A stretch of DNA of 43,087 nucleotides from Chiloscyllium plagiosum (lineage: Eukaryota): assembly GCF_004010195.1 (NCBI RefSeq), contig NC_057750.1, positions 9,016,328-9,059,414 of the forward strand. The letters are read 5' to 3'. Both the position numbers and the translations under genes were made by a program. This document shows, in pieces, positions 24,820 through 35,495 of this stretch (position 1 is the stretch's first letter; the number at the start of each line of letters is the position of its first letter). Below the pieces are notes generated by a model, which was not told the origin of the DNA, made no database searches, and saw only the letters and a program-made list of their open reading frames with translations.

Positions 24820-25270
24820 TGAGTGTGGCTCTGTGGAGTGTGGCTCTGTGGAGTGCGGCTCTGTGGAGTGTCTGAATAGGAGGGTCTGAAGTTCAAGTCC
24901 CACTTCAGGGCTTAGGAACGATGAGCCAGACAGACACGGCATCGAGGGAGTGCCACACTGTCAGAGGTACTGGCTTTTGGAAGCATCATTGCCTGCTCAG
25001 CAGAATGGCGAAGATGCCCAGGCTCCATTCCAAAGAAAGGGCAGGGGGCCCGATATTTATTCCTTTAACCCAGCTCAGGACAGTGCACGTTCCCTGATGT
25101 TTGTCACTTGGTTGTTTGCGGGAGCTTGCTGTGCACAAAGCCGCGTACTGTAGTTTCTGCATGGCAACAGCGACCCCACTCAAAAACAAACGCATTTCAT
25201 TGGCTGCGAAGGATTTTGGGGATTTGAACGGCAGTGGGTGCAAAGGGGAAGCTGGAAGTCTCTCTTTTCT
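24820..25270 (+). mobile_element. Deu-domain-like SINE, near full length, in intron 1
   Basis: tRNA-like head (gttcaagtcccac), gagggagtgccacactgtcagagg core, gggagcttgctgtgcacaaa...ttcattggctg tail. The head carries a 15-bp x3 repeat. Confidence 0.55.
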
Positions 25271-25439
25271 GTGCTGTGAGAGAGACAGATAATTCATCCT
25301 GGCTATTTGACTGGTGAAGCCCTCACATCCGATTCCAGCCGTTCATCCATCTTCCCCCCCCCCCGTCTCCAGTTTAGCACTCGATAGCAGGACGGGGGTG
25401 CTGGTGGACTCGCTCCTTTACCTGATCGAGCTAGGAGCT

Positions 25440-25790
25440 GGTGGGTACCACGGTAGTTCAGTGGTTAGCACTGCTGCCTCATAGCACCAGGGACCCAGGT
25501 TCAATTCCACCCTCGGTTAACTGTCTGAGTGGAGTTTGCACATTCTCCCGGTGTTTGCGGTTTTCCTCCCACAGTCCAAAGATGTGCAGGTTAGGGTGGA
25601 TTGGCTGTGCTAAATTCCCCATAGTGCCCAGGGATGTGTAGGTTAGGGTGGATTGGCCATGCTAAATTCCCCATAGTGCCCAGGGATGTGCAGGTTAGGT
25701 GGATTGGCCATGGCGAATGCAGTCTAAATGGGATGCTCTTTGGAGGGTTGATGTGAACTTGATGGGCCAAATGGCCTGCTTCCACACGGT
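25440..25790 (+). mobile_element. HE1-like SINE with an extra internal ~52-bp unit
   Basis: Head cggtagttcagtggttagcactgctgcc. The gatgtg(c/t)aggttag unit occurs three times. Confidence 0.85.
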
Positions 25791-26874
25791 CTCTCAATAC
25801 TATCCCTTCCTGGTCTACCAGCTGTTTCAGTACCAGAGATCAAACCTTGTTGTGGCCAGTCCTGAATCACAATTTGCTTACATTAGCAAATCACACCAAC
25901 AAGGCCAGAAGGCATTGGAGCAGAATGAGGCCATTCGGCTCATCGAGTCTGCTGGCCAATAGGTTTCTCAACCACATTCTCTTTGATCTGGGAATCCTTT
26001 GTCGTCAAGTGGTACATCAGTGTTCACCCAACCAGCCCCATCCCACCTAACTCCAAAAGTCAGCTCTCTTTGGAAACATTCAGGGTGTCGAATAAATGCC
26101 AGTGGCCATCTACATCCTGGAAAATGAATTCACAGAACTCCCCGCTCAAACTAAAACCACACTTTCCCCCTCCTCCCTCTGCCTGCCTCCATTGACACTT
26201 CCACTTTCCAGATCAGAACTGTACCATATGCAGGACATCTAACAGCACAGACGGAGGCCATTCCCATATCTGCTAGCTCTCCGAATCACCCCCACCCTTT
26301 CTACTCTTGCCCCTCCCCCTCATTTCCAAGTATTTATCCGATTCCTCTGTTTAAACCGGCTGCTGCTTGCTCAGATAGCACATTCCCAAACAAATTTTGA
26401 TCAGAAATTAAATCAATTCTCTCCCACCTCCTCTGCCGACCCTGCCATGCCCTGCACTGTTCTGACACTTGCAATCCTCAGTTTATCTACTGGCCAACAA
26501 ACCTTCAGACTGCAGGCTCTTAAAAATGCTGACGCAAGACATGCCTCCCTCCCTCCCTCTCTCTCTCATGTTACTCACACTTGCCCTATTCCCTCCTTCA
26601 CGAGACCTTTCTAAAGCACTGTATCCATAGCAATCAGGTCATTGCAAACTGATCAAGGTTACCAGCTCCATCTAATGGGCCACACAGCTCAATGTGTGAT
26701 ATGAGGTAGACCAAAGACTCTCTGTGGGTTGAATTGAGCAGAGACAGGAGGGGAGTGGGACTGACAGGAGGGAGCTTACGTGGGCTCAATGGGCCGAACA
26801 GTCTCCTCCTGTACCACGATGGCTCAAAACCAATTGGTGAAATGGTGAGCGGAAAGATTTAGCACAAAAATTAG

Positions 26875-27232
26875 TAGATTTATTCTGTATCTAACCCCTG
26901 TGCTTGTCCCTGTCCTGGGAGTGTTTGATGGGGGACAGTGTAGAGAGAGCTTTACTCTGTATCTAACCCTGTGCTGCCCCTGTCCTGGGAGTCTTTGATG
27001 GGGGACAGTGTAGAGTGAGCTTTACTCTGCATCTAACCCTGTGCTGCCCCTGTCCTGGGAGTCTTTGATGGGGGACAGTGTAGAGTGAGCTTTACTCTGT
27101 ATCTAACCCTGTGCTGTCCCTGTCCTGGGAGTGTTTGATTGGGGATGATGTAGAGGAAGCTTTATTCTGTATCTGCCCCTGTCCTGGGAGTGTTCGATGG
27201 GAGACAATGTAGAGGGAGCTTTACTCCGTACC
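26875..27232. repeat. 70-bp minisatellite, ~5 copies, in intron 1
   Basis: ttta(c/t)tctg recurs at 26951, 27021, 27091 and 27161. Confidence 0.92.
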
Positions 27233-27820
27233 GGACACTGCGCAGTTCCTCTCCTGGGAGTATTTGCTCGGGACAAAGTTCACTTTACCTACAATTAAAT
27301 ACCCAAATCTCACACTCAGCTCTCCGATCCGAAAGTTTGTATAATGTCCCACAGATAACCCTGAGACCCCTCCCTCTCCAAATGCAGCGCAGCAGCGTTG
27401 GAGGTGGGAGTTTCAACTGGGAACCCAGTCCACGCCTCTTGCCCTAGGGTTAAACAAAACTCCCCATATACGACCTTGTGGTTTCCCCCCACCAGGCTAA
27501 CAAAAGCTTCATCAGTTCATAGTCTTTTGGTGCACATTTGGAACGGTGTTCCACCCATCAACTCTAACTCTGATAAATGAAACCCTGGAGTTAATTTAAA
27601 ATTATAATTTCAAACTTTTAGATATTGTGTATACAGGAATGAGTGCACACAAGATTCTGCCTAATGATATATGTGGATATACACACAATGCATTTATTAA
27701 TCTGCATACACAATCCCTGCATATACACATCACCTCGAATGTGGTCTTACAGGATTAAATATAAACGTTTCTCAGTTTTTTTTAAAAAAAAACACCCTGA
27801 AGTGATGAGTCAACACTTAC

Positions 27821-28040
27821 CAGAGAAATCGTCAAAGGCAGTGGGGACATATTTTGTTGGATAGCCGTTGGTTGTGTAACTAACGACCAGGCTCGTCTTA
27901 CCGACCGCTCCATCTCCCAGCAAGACACACTTGAGAAACCGCTCCTGGGAGCAGGCAGTCCGGCTGCTGTGTTTGGGTTTGTGCGGGGGAACCGGGGGTG
28001 CGAATCCCACTCGATAGTCCAGTAAATCCTGGGGAGGCAT
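27821..28040 (-). CDS. RhoU/RhoV-subfamily atypical Rho GTPase, coding exon 1 (220 nt, phase-1 donor)
   Basis: ATG at 28040-28038. Encodes MPPQ...PPVPPHK (proline-rich extension), P-loop GDGAVGKT and switch [15 protein letters not shown]. Donor G|GTAAGT at 27820. Confidence 0.95.
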
Positions 28041-28259
28041 CACTTTCTCCGAGAGAGAGAGAGAGAGAGAGGGGGAGAGATTTTTCCTTTTTCAAAATTC
28101 AAAACCAAAATAAAACTCCCCCTCCCCGCACAAGGCAGGGCTTAAAAAAAAAACCGTGGAAGTTTAGCTCTAAACTTTTGGCGATCACCAAAATCATTTA
28201 AGGAAAAAATAATAACAAAATAAAAAGTTTTGGAAAAGTTTGGGCAAAACTTTTCCGCG

Positions 28260-28450
28260 TCTTGTCAATTTCAGTGAAACTGACGCGGGGGGCGCCAAGT
28301 GATTAAATCGCCCCCCCCCAATAGCCCAATTCTTCCTCTCTCTCTCTCTCACACACTCACTCACTCACTCTCTCTCTCTGTCTGTACTGTTCCGTTTTAT
28401 AAATCTAACTCTCACTAAAGTCGTCACCGCCTGCCCTGACGCAAATCTCA
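28260..28450 (-). promoter_or_regulatory. Putative promoter/5'-UTR region of the RhoU/V-like gene
   Basis: TATAAAA on the minus strand at 28401-28395. TGACG half-sites at 28281, 28422 (as cgtca) and 28437 (TGACGCAA). Local CpG enrichment. About 360 nt upstream of the ATG. Confidence 0.5.
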
Positions 28451-28684
28451 GCAGCTCTGATACCTCTCACACAGCTCCCACCTCTTAAAGGGACAGCACA
28501 AGATGCCAAGTGCAAAGCTGGGGGTGAGGTGGGAGGGGAAGGTGACTTTTTTAATGTAGCCATACCTGCACCACACATCTCCCCCCCCCAACCTAGTCAA
28601 TCGAAATGGGGGTAAATAATAAACCGTTCTCACTCATTTCACAGCTCCCTTGCTCAATAACTGACTTTGCCTCAACTCTCCAAA

Positions 28685-29480
28685 CAGCTCTCTCTCACTC
28701 ATTAACCACTCTCTCACTTATTAAGCCGCTCTCACTCATTAACCCGCTCTCTCACTCATTAACCCGCTCTCTCACTCATTAACCCACTCTCTCACTCTTT
28801 AACCAGCTCTCTCACTCTTTAATCCACTCCCTCATTTATTAACCCGCTCTCACTCATCAACCTGCTCTCTCTCACTAACCATCTCTCTCATTGACTAACC
28901 TGCTCTTTCACATTTTAACCCACTCTCTCACTCATTAGTCAGGTCTCTCACTCATCAACCTGCTCTCTCTCACTAACCATCTCTCTCATTGACTAACCTG
29001 CTCTTTCACATTTTAACCCGCTCTCTCACTCATTAGTCAGGTCTCTCACTCATCAACCTGCTCTCTCTCACTAACCATCTCTCTCATTGACTAACCTGCT
29101 CTTTCACATTTTAACCCACTCTCTCACTCATTAGTCAGGTCTCTCACTCATCAACCTGCTCTCTCTCACTAACCATCTCTCTCATTGATTAACCTGCTCT
29201 TTCACATTTTAACCCGCTCTCTCACTCATTAGTCAGGTCTTTCACTCATTAACCCGCTCTCTCACTCATTAACCAAGTCTCTCACTCTTTAACCTGCGCT
29301 CTCACACTTTAACCCATACTCTCTCCGTCTTTATTCTGCTCTCTCTTGTCCTTTCACATGCTCTTTCTAACTCATTAATCTGTGCTCTCTGATTCATTAA
29401 CCGGCTCTCTCTTGCTCTTTAACCTGCTTTCTTGTAGTTTTAACCTGCTCTCCCTGATCATTAGCTGGCTCTCTTGCTCT
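28685..29480. repeat. Pyrimidine-rich ~20-bp tandem array containing a 98-bp higher-order repeat
   Basis: Monomer ctctctcactcattaaccc. catcaacc recurs at 28855, 28953, 29051 and 29149. Confidence 0.9.
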
Positions 29481-29631
29481 TATCATCTTCCTTACCTTTC
29501 ACTTTCAGTGTCTCATTTTGGATTCTAATCCCTATTTAGAGTCATAGAGATGTACAGCACGGAAACAGACCCTTTGGTCCAACCCATCCATACTGACACT
29601 CTTCCTTAGAAAAGGGTCAGTGATTCCAATC

Positions 29632-30235
29632 CACATAGAACATAGAACAATACAGTGCAGAACAGGACCTTCAGCCCTCGATGTTGCGCTGACCTGTGAA
29701 CTAATCTAAGCCCATGCCTCTACATTATCCCATCATCATCCATATGCTTATGCAAGCCCCTAATGTGGCTGAGTTAACTACATTGGCAGGCAGGGCATTC
29801 CCATGCCCTTACCACTCTCTGAGTAAAGAACCTGCCTCTGACATCTGTCTTAAAACTATAACCCCTCAATTTGCAGCTATGCTCCCTCGTACAAGCTGAC
29901 GTCATCATCCAAGGAAAAAGACTCTCACTGTCAACCCTATCTAATCCTCTGATCATCTTGTATGTCTCTATTAAATCCCCTCTCAGCCTTCTTCTCTCCA
30001 ATAAGAACAGACCCAAGTCCCCTCAGCCTTTCATTATAAGACCTTCCCTCCAGACCAGGCAACATCCTGGTAAATCTCCTCTGAACCTTTTCCAATGCTT
30101 CCACATCCTTCCTGTAATGGGGCGCCCAGAACTGTACACGATATTCCAAGTGCGGCTGCACTAGCGTTTTGTATTGTTGCAGCATGACATCACAGTTCCA
30201 GAACTCAATCACTCTACCAATAAAACCCATCACAT
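29632..30235 (-). mobile_element. CR1 LINE 3' fragment
   Basis: YKTLVQPHLEYRVQFWAPHYRKDVEALEKVQRRFTRMLPG...RRLRGDLIETYK, and a (ttctatg)n tail. Confidence 0.9.
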
Positions 30236-30289
30236 ATTCCACTGATATACAAATGGGAATCAGTATTTATAAAGACAATATCCAATTAT

Positions 30290-32030
30290 TTAGGAATTAT
30301 ATTCTAAAATCCACCCTGTGGTGTTGGCTGATTATCTTGATGCTGCTCTGCAATTGCATGTTGCCATTTCCTATACTATCCTCACTGATGGAAGGGCCCA
30401 GCACGTCAGTGCAAAGGATAAAGCTGAGGCTTTCCCAGGAATCTTCAGCCAGAAGTGCCGAGTGGATGCCCAGGTTGGTCCCCAGCATCACAGCTACCAG
30501 TCTTCACCCAATTTGATTCACTCCACGTGATATCAAGAAACAGTTGGAGGCACTGGGTACTGCAAAGGCCCTGGCACTAGGACTGAAGACGTGTGCTCCA
30601 GAATTTGACGCTCCCCTCGCCAAGTTGTTCCAGTACAGTTACAACACTGGCATCTACCCGACAATGTGGAAAATTTTCCAGGTATGTCTTATACAACACA
30701 AAACAGGACAAATCCAACCCAGCCAATCACCGTCCCATCAGACAGTAAAGTGATGGAAGGGGTCATCAACAATACTCCCAAGCAGTACCTGCTCAGCAAT
30801 AACCTGCTCAGCGACGCCCAGTTTGGGTCTGTCAGGGTCACTCAACTCCTGACCTCATTACAGCCTTGGTTCAAACATGGATAAAAGAGCTGAATTCCAG
30901 AGGGGAGGGGAGAAGGACAGACCCTTGACATCAAGGAGCATCAAAGGAGCCCTAGAAAATCTAGTGTCAATGGGAATCAAGTTCGGATTGTAGTTGGGTC
31001 ACATTCGGCACATAGGAAGATGATTGTTGGAGGTCAGTCATCTCAGCTCCAGGACATCTCTGCAGGAGTCCCTCAGGGTAGTGCCATCTCCAGCTGCTTC
31101 ATCAATGACCTTCCCTCCACCGTAAGGTCAGAAGTGGGAATGTGCGTCAATGATTGCACAGTATTGTTCATGCCTCCCTACGTACTAAAGCAGTCCATGT
31201 CCAAATGTAGCAAGACCAGGACAACATCCAGGCTTGGGCTGACAAGTGGCAAGTAACATTCATACCTTACAAATGCCAGGCAATGACTATTTCTAACAAG
31301 GGACAATCCAACCATTGCCCCATAACACTCAATGGGATTACCATTCCTGAATACCTCATCATCAACATCCTGGGGATGCTATTGACCAGAAAGTGAAGGG
31401 GATTTGCCACATAAACACAACGGCTACAAGAGCAGGTCAGAGGCTGGGAATCCTGCAGTGAGTAACTCCCCTCCTGACTCCCCAGAGCCTGTCCACCATC
31501 TACAATGCACAAGTCAGGAGTGTGAGGGAATACTCCCCACTTGCCCTGGATGGGGGCAGCTCCAGCAACACTCAAGAAGCTTGACTCCATCCAGGACAAA
31601 GCAGCCCACTTGATTGGCACCACATCTACAAACACCCACTCCCTCCCCCACTGAAGCTCAGTAGCAGCAGTGTGTACCATCTACAAGATGCGCTGTAGTC
31701 GTTCACCAAAGATACTCAGTCCGCCCCTTCCAAACCCATGACCACTTCCATCTAAAAGGACAAGGGCAGCAGATACCACAGGAACACCACCCCCTGCAAC
31801 TTCCCCTCTGAGCCACTCACCATCCTGACTTGGTAATATATCTCTGTTCCTTCACTGTCGCTGGGTCAGAATCCTAAGATTCTCTTCTGAGTGCATTGTG
31901 ATGTCCCTGCAGCACATAGACTGCAGCGGTTCAGGAAGGCAGCTCATTACCACCTTCGCAAGAGTAACCAGGGATGGGCACTAAATGTTGGCCCAGCCAG
32001 CGACTCCCAAATCCCACCAATGAGTAAAAA
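30290..32030 (+). mobile_element. Degraded non-LTR retrotransposon (CR1/L2-group RT family distinct from the common CR1), RT domain to 3' tail
   Basis: KDKAEAF, LKTCAPEFDAPLAKLFQYSYNTGIYPTMWK, VMEGVINN...QFG, ISAGVPQGS...FINDLP, with multiple frameshifts. A 3' part recurs at 40205-40565. Confidence 0.85.
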
Positions 32031-32274
32031 CATGGATATGAAGATGGGGAAATTTCCTATGGGTTAAAATGCAGCTGGTGTGATTGACGTGCCTGTACGT
32101 GTGTGTTACGAATATTGAGAAATAGGAAATTTCAGGCAGACATATTTCACCAAGAGCACCATTTCCATGTTATGTGTTTACTTGGTCAAATGACAATGGA
32201 GTTATTGGGCCAATTGGTCACAACTGATTCCTTTTAATACATTTCCCACAGCCACGGGCACAGTCAGAATTACC

Positions 32275-32890
32275 AGTCATATAGTGCGGAAACAGACCCT
32301 TCGGTCCAACTCATCCATGCCGACCAGATATCCCAACTTAATATAGTCCTGTTTGCCAGCACTTAGCCCATATCCCTCTAAACCCTTGCTATTCACTATT
32401 CATGAACTTATCAAAATGTCTTTTAAAAATTTGTGACTGTCCCCACATCCATCACTTCCTCTGGAAGGACATTCCCTTTGGCCCAACAAGTCCACGCTGA
32501 CCCTCTGACTAATGCACCAAACACTATAGGCAGTTTAGCATGACCAAATCACCTGGCCTGCACATCCTTGGACTGTGGGAGGAAACCCACACAGAGAAAC
32601 TCCACACAGACAGTCACCCGAGTTGGGAATTGAACCCAGGTCCCTGGTGCTGTGAGACAGCAGTGCTAACCACTGACCCACCATGAGGGTGTGGAATAAA
32701 CTTCCTGAGGAAGTGGTGGACGTGGGTACAGTAACAATGTTTAAAATACATTTGGATGGATACATGGATAGGAAAGGTTTGTAGGGATATGGGCCAGGTG
32801 CGGGTAGGTAGGACTAGTTTAGTTTGGGATTATGTTCAGCATGAACTGGTTGGACTGCAGGGTCTGTTTCGATGCTGTGTGACTCTATGA
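32275..32890. mobile_element. Cluster: CR1 3' end (-), HE1-like SINE (-), CR1 3' end (+)
   Basis: CR1 3'UTR reverse complement at 32275-32475, SINE at 32475-32682, CR1 3'UTR at 32685-32890. Confidence 0.75.
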
Positions 32891-33306
32891 TCTCTCAAAT
32901 GTTATTTCTGATCTCACACTGCAGCTTCTCTGCAGCTGTGACACTGTATCCTGCACTCCGTTATGCTACCTTGATGGACTTAGTATGGTTCGATTTACCT
33001 ACAGTACTTTTCACTGTATTTGGATACATGTTAACAACAATAAATCAATTGTTAAGATTGGGTCATATTTCGATATCAGAGCGAGTTCTCTCTGTAATTC
33101 TCCGCCAGCAGCATGCAGAGATATTCCTTTAACTCTGGAATACTGCAGGGAAATCTTGGAGGAGTAGTGACCCTGGCAGAGGCTGGTGAAATTTACCACT
33201 GGGTCAGTGAGATCCGTTTGTGTTTAACCAGCACCACCTGGTGGAATTAGGAGGCATTGTCCTTTGTGTGAATTCAGGGTGGCACTCTCACCCTGGGTTG
33301 GTTATG

Positions 33307-33527
33307 ATTAGATTACTTACAGTGTGGAAACAGGCCCTTCGGCCCAACAAGTCCACACCGACCCACCGAAGCGCACCCACCCAGACCCATTCCCCTACAC
33401 CTAACACTACGGGCAATTTAGCATGGCCAATTCACCTCACCTGCACATTTTTGGACTGTGGGAGGAAACTGGAGCATCCGGAGGAAACCCACACAGACAC
33501 GGGGAGAATGTGCAAACTCCACACAGT
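33307..33527 (-). mobile_element. HE1-like SINE, 5'-truncated
   Basis: ttagattacttacagtgtggaaacaggcccttcgg...tgtgcaaactccacacag. Confidence 0.85.
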
Positions 33528-33706
33528 TATGCTGGTTACAGTTCCACCTGAGAGGCTACTTGGGACGTTAAGGAGAACGGACGGAGAAAAAAAACTGCAG
33601 GTTAATGAGGTCGTTGGTCAGAACCAGAGTGTGACTGGGAAGGATAGATATAACAGGGCAGCAACGAACAAGACCGAAGCAGGGAAAACGGGCAAAAGGA
33701 GGGCAA

Positions 33707-33931
33707 AATCAAGATTAGAGTGGGGCTGGAAAAACACAGCAGGTCAGGCAGCATCCGAGGAGCAGGAAAATCGACGTTTCAGGCAGGAGCCCTTCATCAG
33801 GAATGAATGAGGAGCTCCTGCCCAAAAGGTCGATTTTCCTGCTCCTCGGATGCTGCCTGACCTGTTGTGTTTTCCAGCCCCACTCTAACCTTGTCTCTGA
33901 CCTCCAGCATCTACAGTACCCACTTTTGCCT
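33707..33931 (+). mobile_element. Fold-back Penelope-like element
   Basis: 13-bp TSD AAAAGGAGGGCAA (33694-33706 and 33932-33944). Hammerhead core on the minus strand at 33802-33771. Confidence 0.8.
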
Positions 33932-34099
33932 AAAAGGAGGGCAAGTGCTGGCAAATGGGACTAGATTAATTTAGGATATCTGGTCAGCGTGGACGAGTTG
34001 GGCCGAAGGGTCTGTTTCTGTGCTGTATGAAAGAACCATAAGCTTCTTAGCTGAATATAAGCAACATTTATAACACAATGGACGTTTAAAATTCTCTCT

Positions 34100-34310
34100 T
34101 GGCATGTGGGCATTGCCAGCATTTGATGCCCATCCCTAATTGCCCCTTAACTGAGTGGCTTGCTAGGGCCAACTCAGAGGGCAGTTAAGAGCCAACCCCA
34201 TTGCTGTTGGTCTGGAGTCACATGTAGGCCAGACCAGGTAAGGATGGCAGCTTCCTTCCCTAAAGGACATTGGTGAACCAGTCGGGGTTTTACAACAACT
34301 GATGATAATT
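34100..34310 (-). mobile_element. SINE-like repeat sharing its 3' tail with the LINE at 30290-32030
   Basis: Body ggttcaccaatgtcctttagggaagg...tgtgactccagac and tail agggatgggcatcaaatgctggc. Relatives at ~1120-1320, 9098-9260, 21870-22040 and 37205-37325. Confidence 0.65.
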
Positions 34311-34693
34311 TCATCGAGACTGTCGCCAATCTGTAATTCTTGATCTGTTAGTGTCATATAGTGTGGGAACAGACCCACGGAGGCCTGTCAGAAAGGCGGT
34401 GCCATAATTGTGGGAGATTTCAATCTTCGAAAAGATAAGGACAAACCAAACTGTCACAAATACCCTGGAGGATGAGTCCATCGAGTGCACTCGGGAGAGT
34501 TTCTCAGAAGAACATTCCAGAAGCAAGCAGTGAACAGGGAAAAGGTGATGCTGGAGATCAGAGTCAAAGAGTGTGGCGCTGGAAAAGCACAGCAGGTCAG
34601 GCAGCGTCCAAGGAGCGGGAGAATCAACATTTCAAGCTAGCTTAGACCTCATTCTGGATGTAGGTTTGCTCACTGAGCTGTAAGGTTCATTTT

Positions 34694-34731
34694 CAGACGT
34701 TTCGCCACCCTACTAGGTAACATCTTCAGTG
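34694..34731 (-). ncRNA. Minimal hammerhead motif in a Penelope-like fragment (fourth family, ~34650-34790)
   Basis: CA-CUGAAGA-U-GUUACCU(AGUA)GGGUGGC-GAA-ACGU-C^UG. Confidence 0.6.
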
Positions 34732-35127
34732 GGCCTCAGGGCGAAGCACTGCTGCTGACTCCTGCTGCTGACTCCTGCTTTCTATTCTGTTATCGGGTCA
34801 CTGGGCTTGAAACATTAGCCCCGCTTTTTTTCTCACACATGCTGAGTTATGCCGGCAATTTCTGATTTTGTTTTAATGCTTAATGAGACAGGGTTTATTC
34901 ATGACTTCATCATGTAAGTTCCACTAGGCAAGAGTGATCATAACATGATGGCATGAATCACCTTCCTAATTGAGGGTGGAGAATTCTGAAACTCTCTCCC
35001 TTCTTCCAGCAGTCCCTCAAAGTGAGGAGGATGTTTGCCACTGAGTGCAGCCCAAATTAAGAACGAAGACGTCCTCTAATATGGGGAAGCCTGTTGTGCT
35101 TCAGCTACCAAAAAGTTGATGGGCTGA

Positions 35128-35495
35128 GTGATGAGCACTGCTGCCTCACAGCACCAGGGTCTCAGGTTCGATTCCAACCTCAGGCGACTGTCTGTGTGAA
35201 GTTTGCACATTCTCCCCGTATCTGTGTGGGTTTCCTTCCACAGTGGAAAGTGAGGACCGGAGATCAGAGCTGGAAAAGTGCAGCTTATGCCTGGAATGTC
35301 GATTTTGATGCTGCGCTTTTCCAGCAACACATTTTTCAGCTCTTTCCTCTCACAGTCCAAAGATGTGCAGGTTAGGTGAATCGGCCATGCTAAATTGCCC
35401 CATAGTGTTAGGTGCATTAGTCAGAAGGAAATGGGTCAGTGTGGACTGGTTGGGCTGAAGGGCCTGTTTCCACACTATAGGGAATCTAATCTAAA
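35128..35495 (+). mobile_element. HE1-like SINE interrupted by a deleted fold-back element (35245-35342)
   Basis: SINE head, body and tail present. Insert flanked by tttccttccacagt and tttcctctcacagt. Confidence 0.8.

Noticed and set aside
28041..28043. ORF-track start giving MMPPQ
   Set aside because: That codon is GTG. The true ATG is at 28040-28038 and matches the MPPQ start of the subfamily.
28266..28284. CAGTG loop resembling an iron-responsive element
   Set aside because: It is on the antisense strand of the gene, and the 5-bp upper stem around a CAGUGN loop does not pair.
33220..33810. 196-aa plus-strand ORF
   Set aside because: A composite of SINE and fold-back element sequence.
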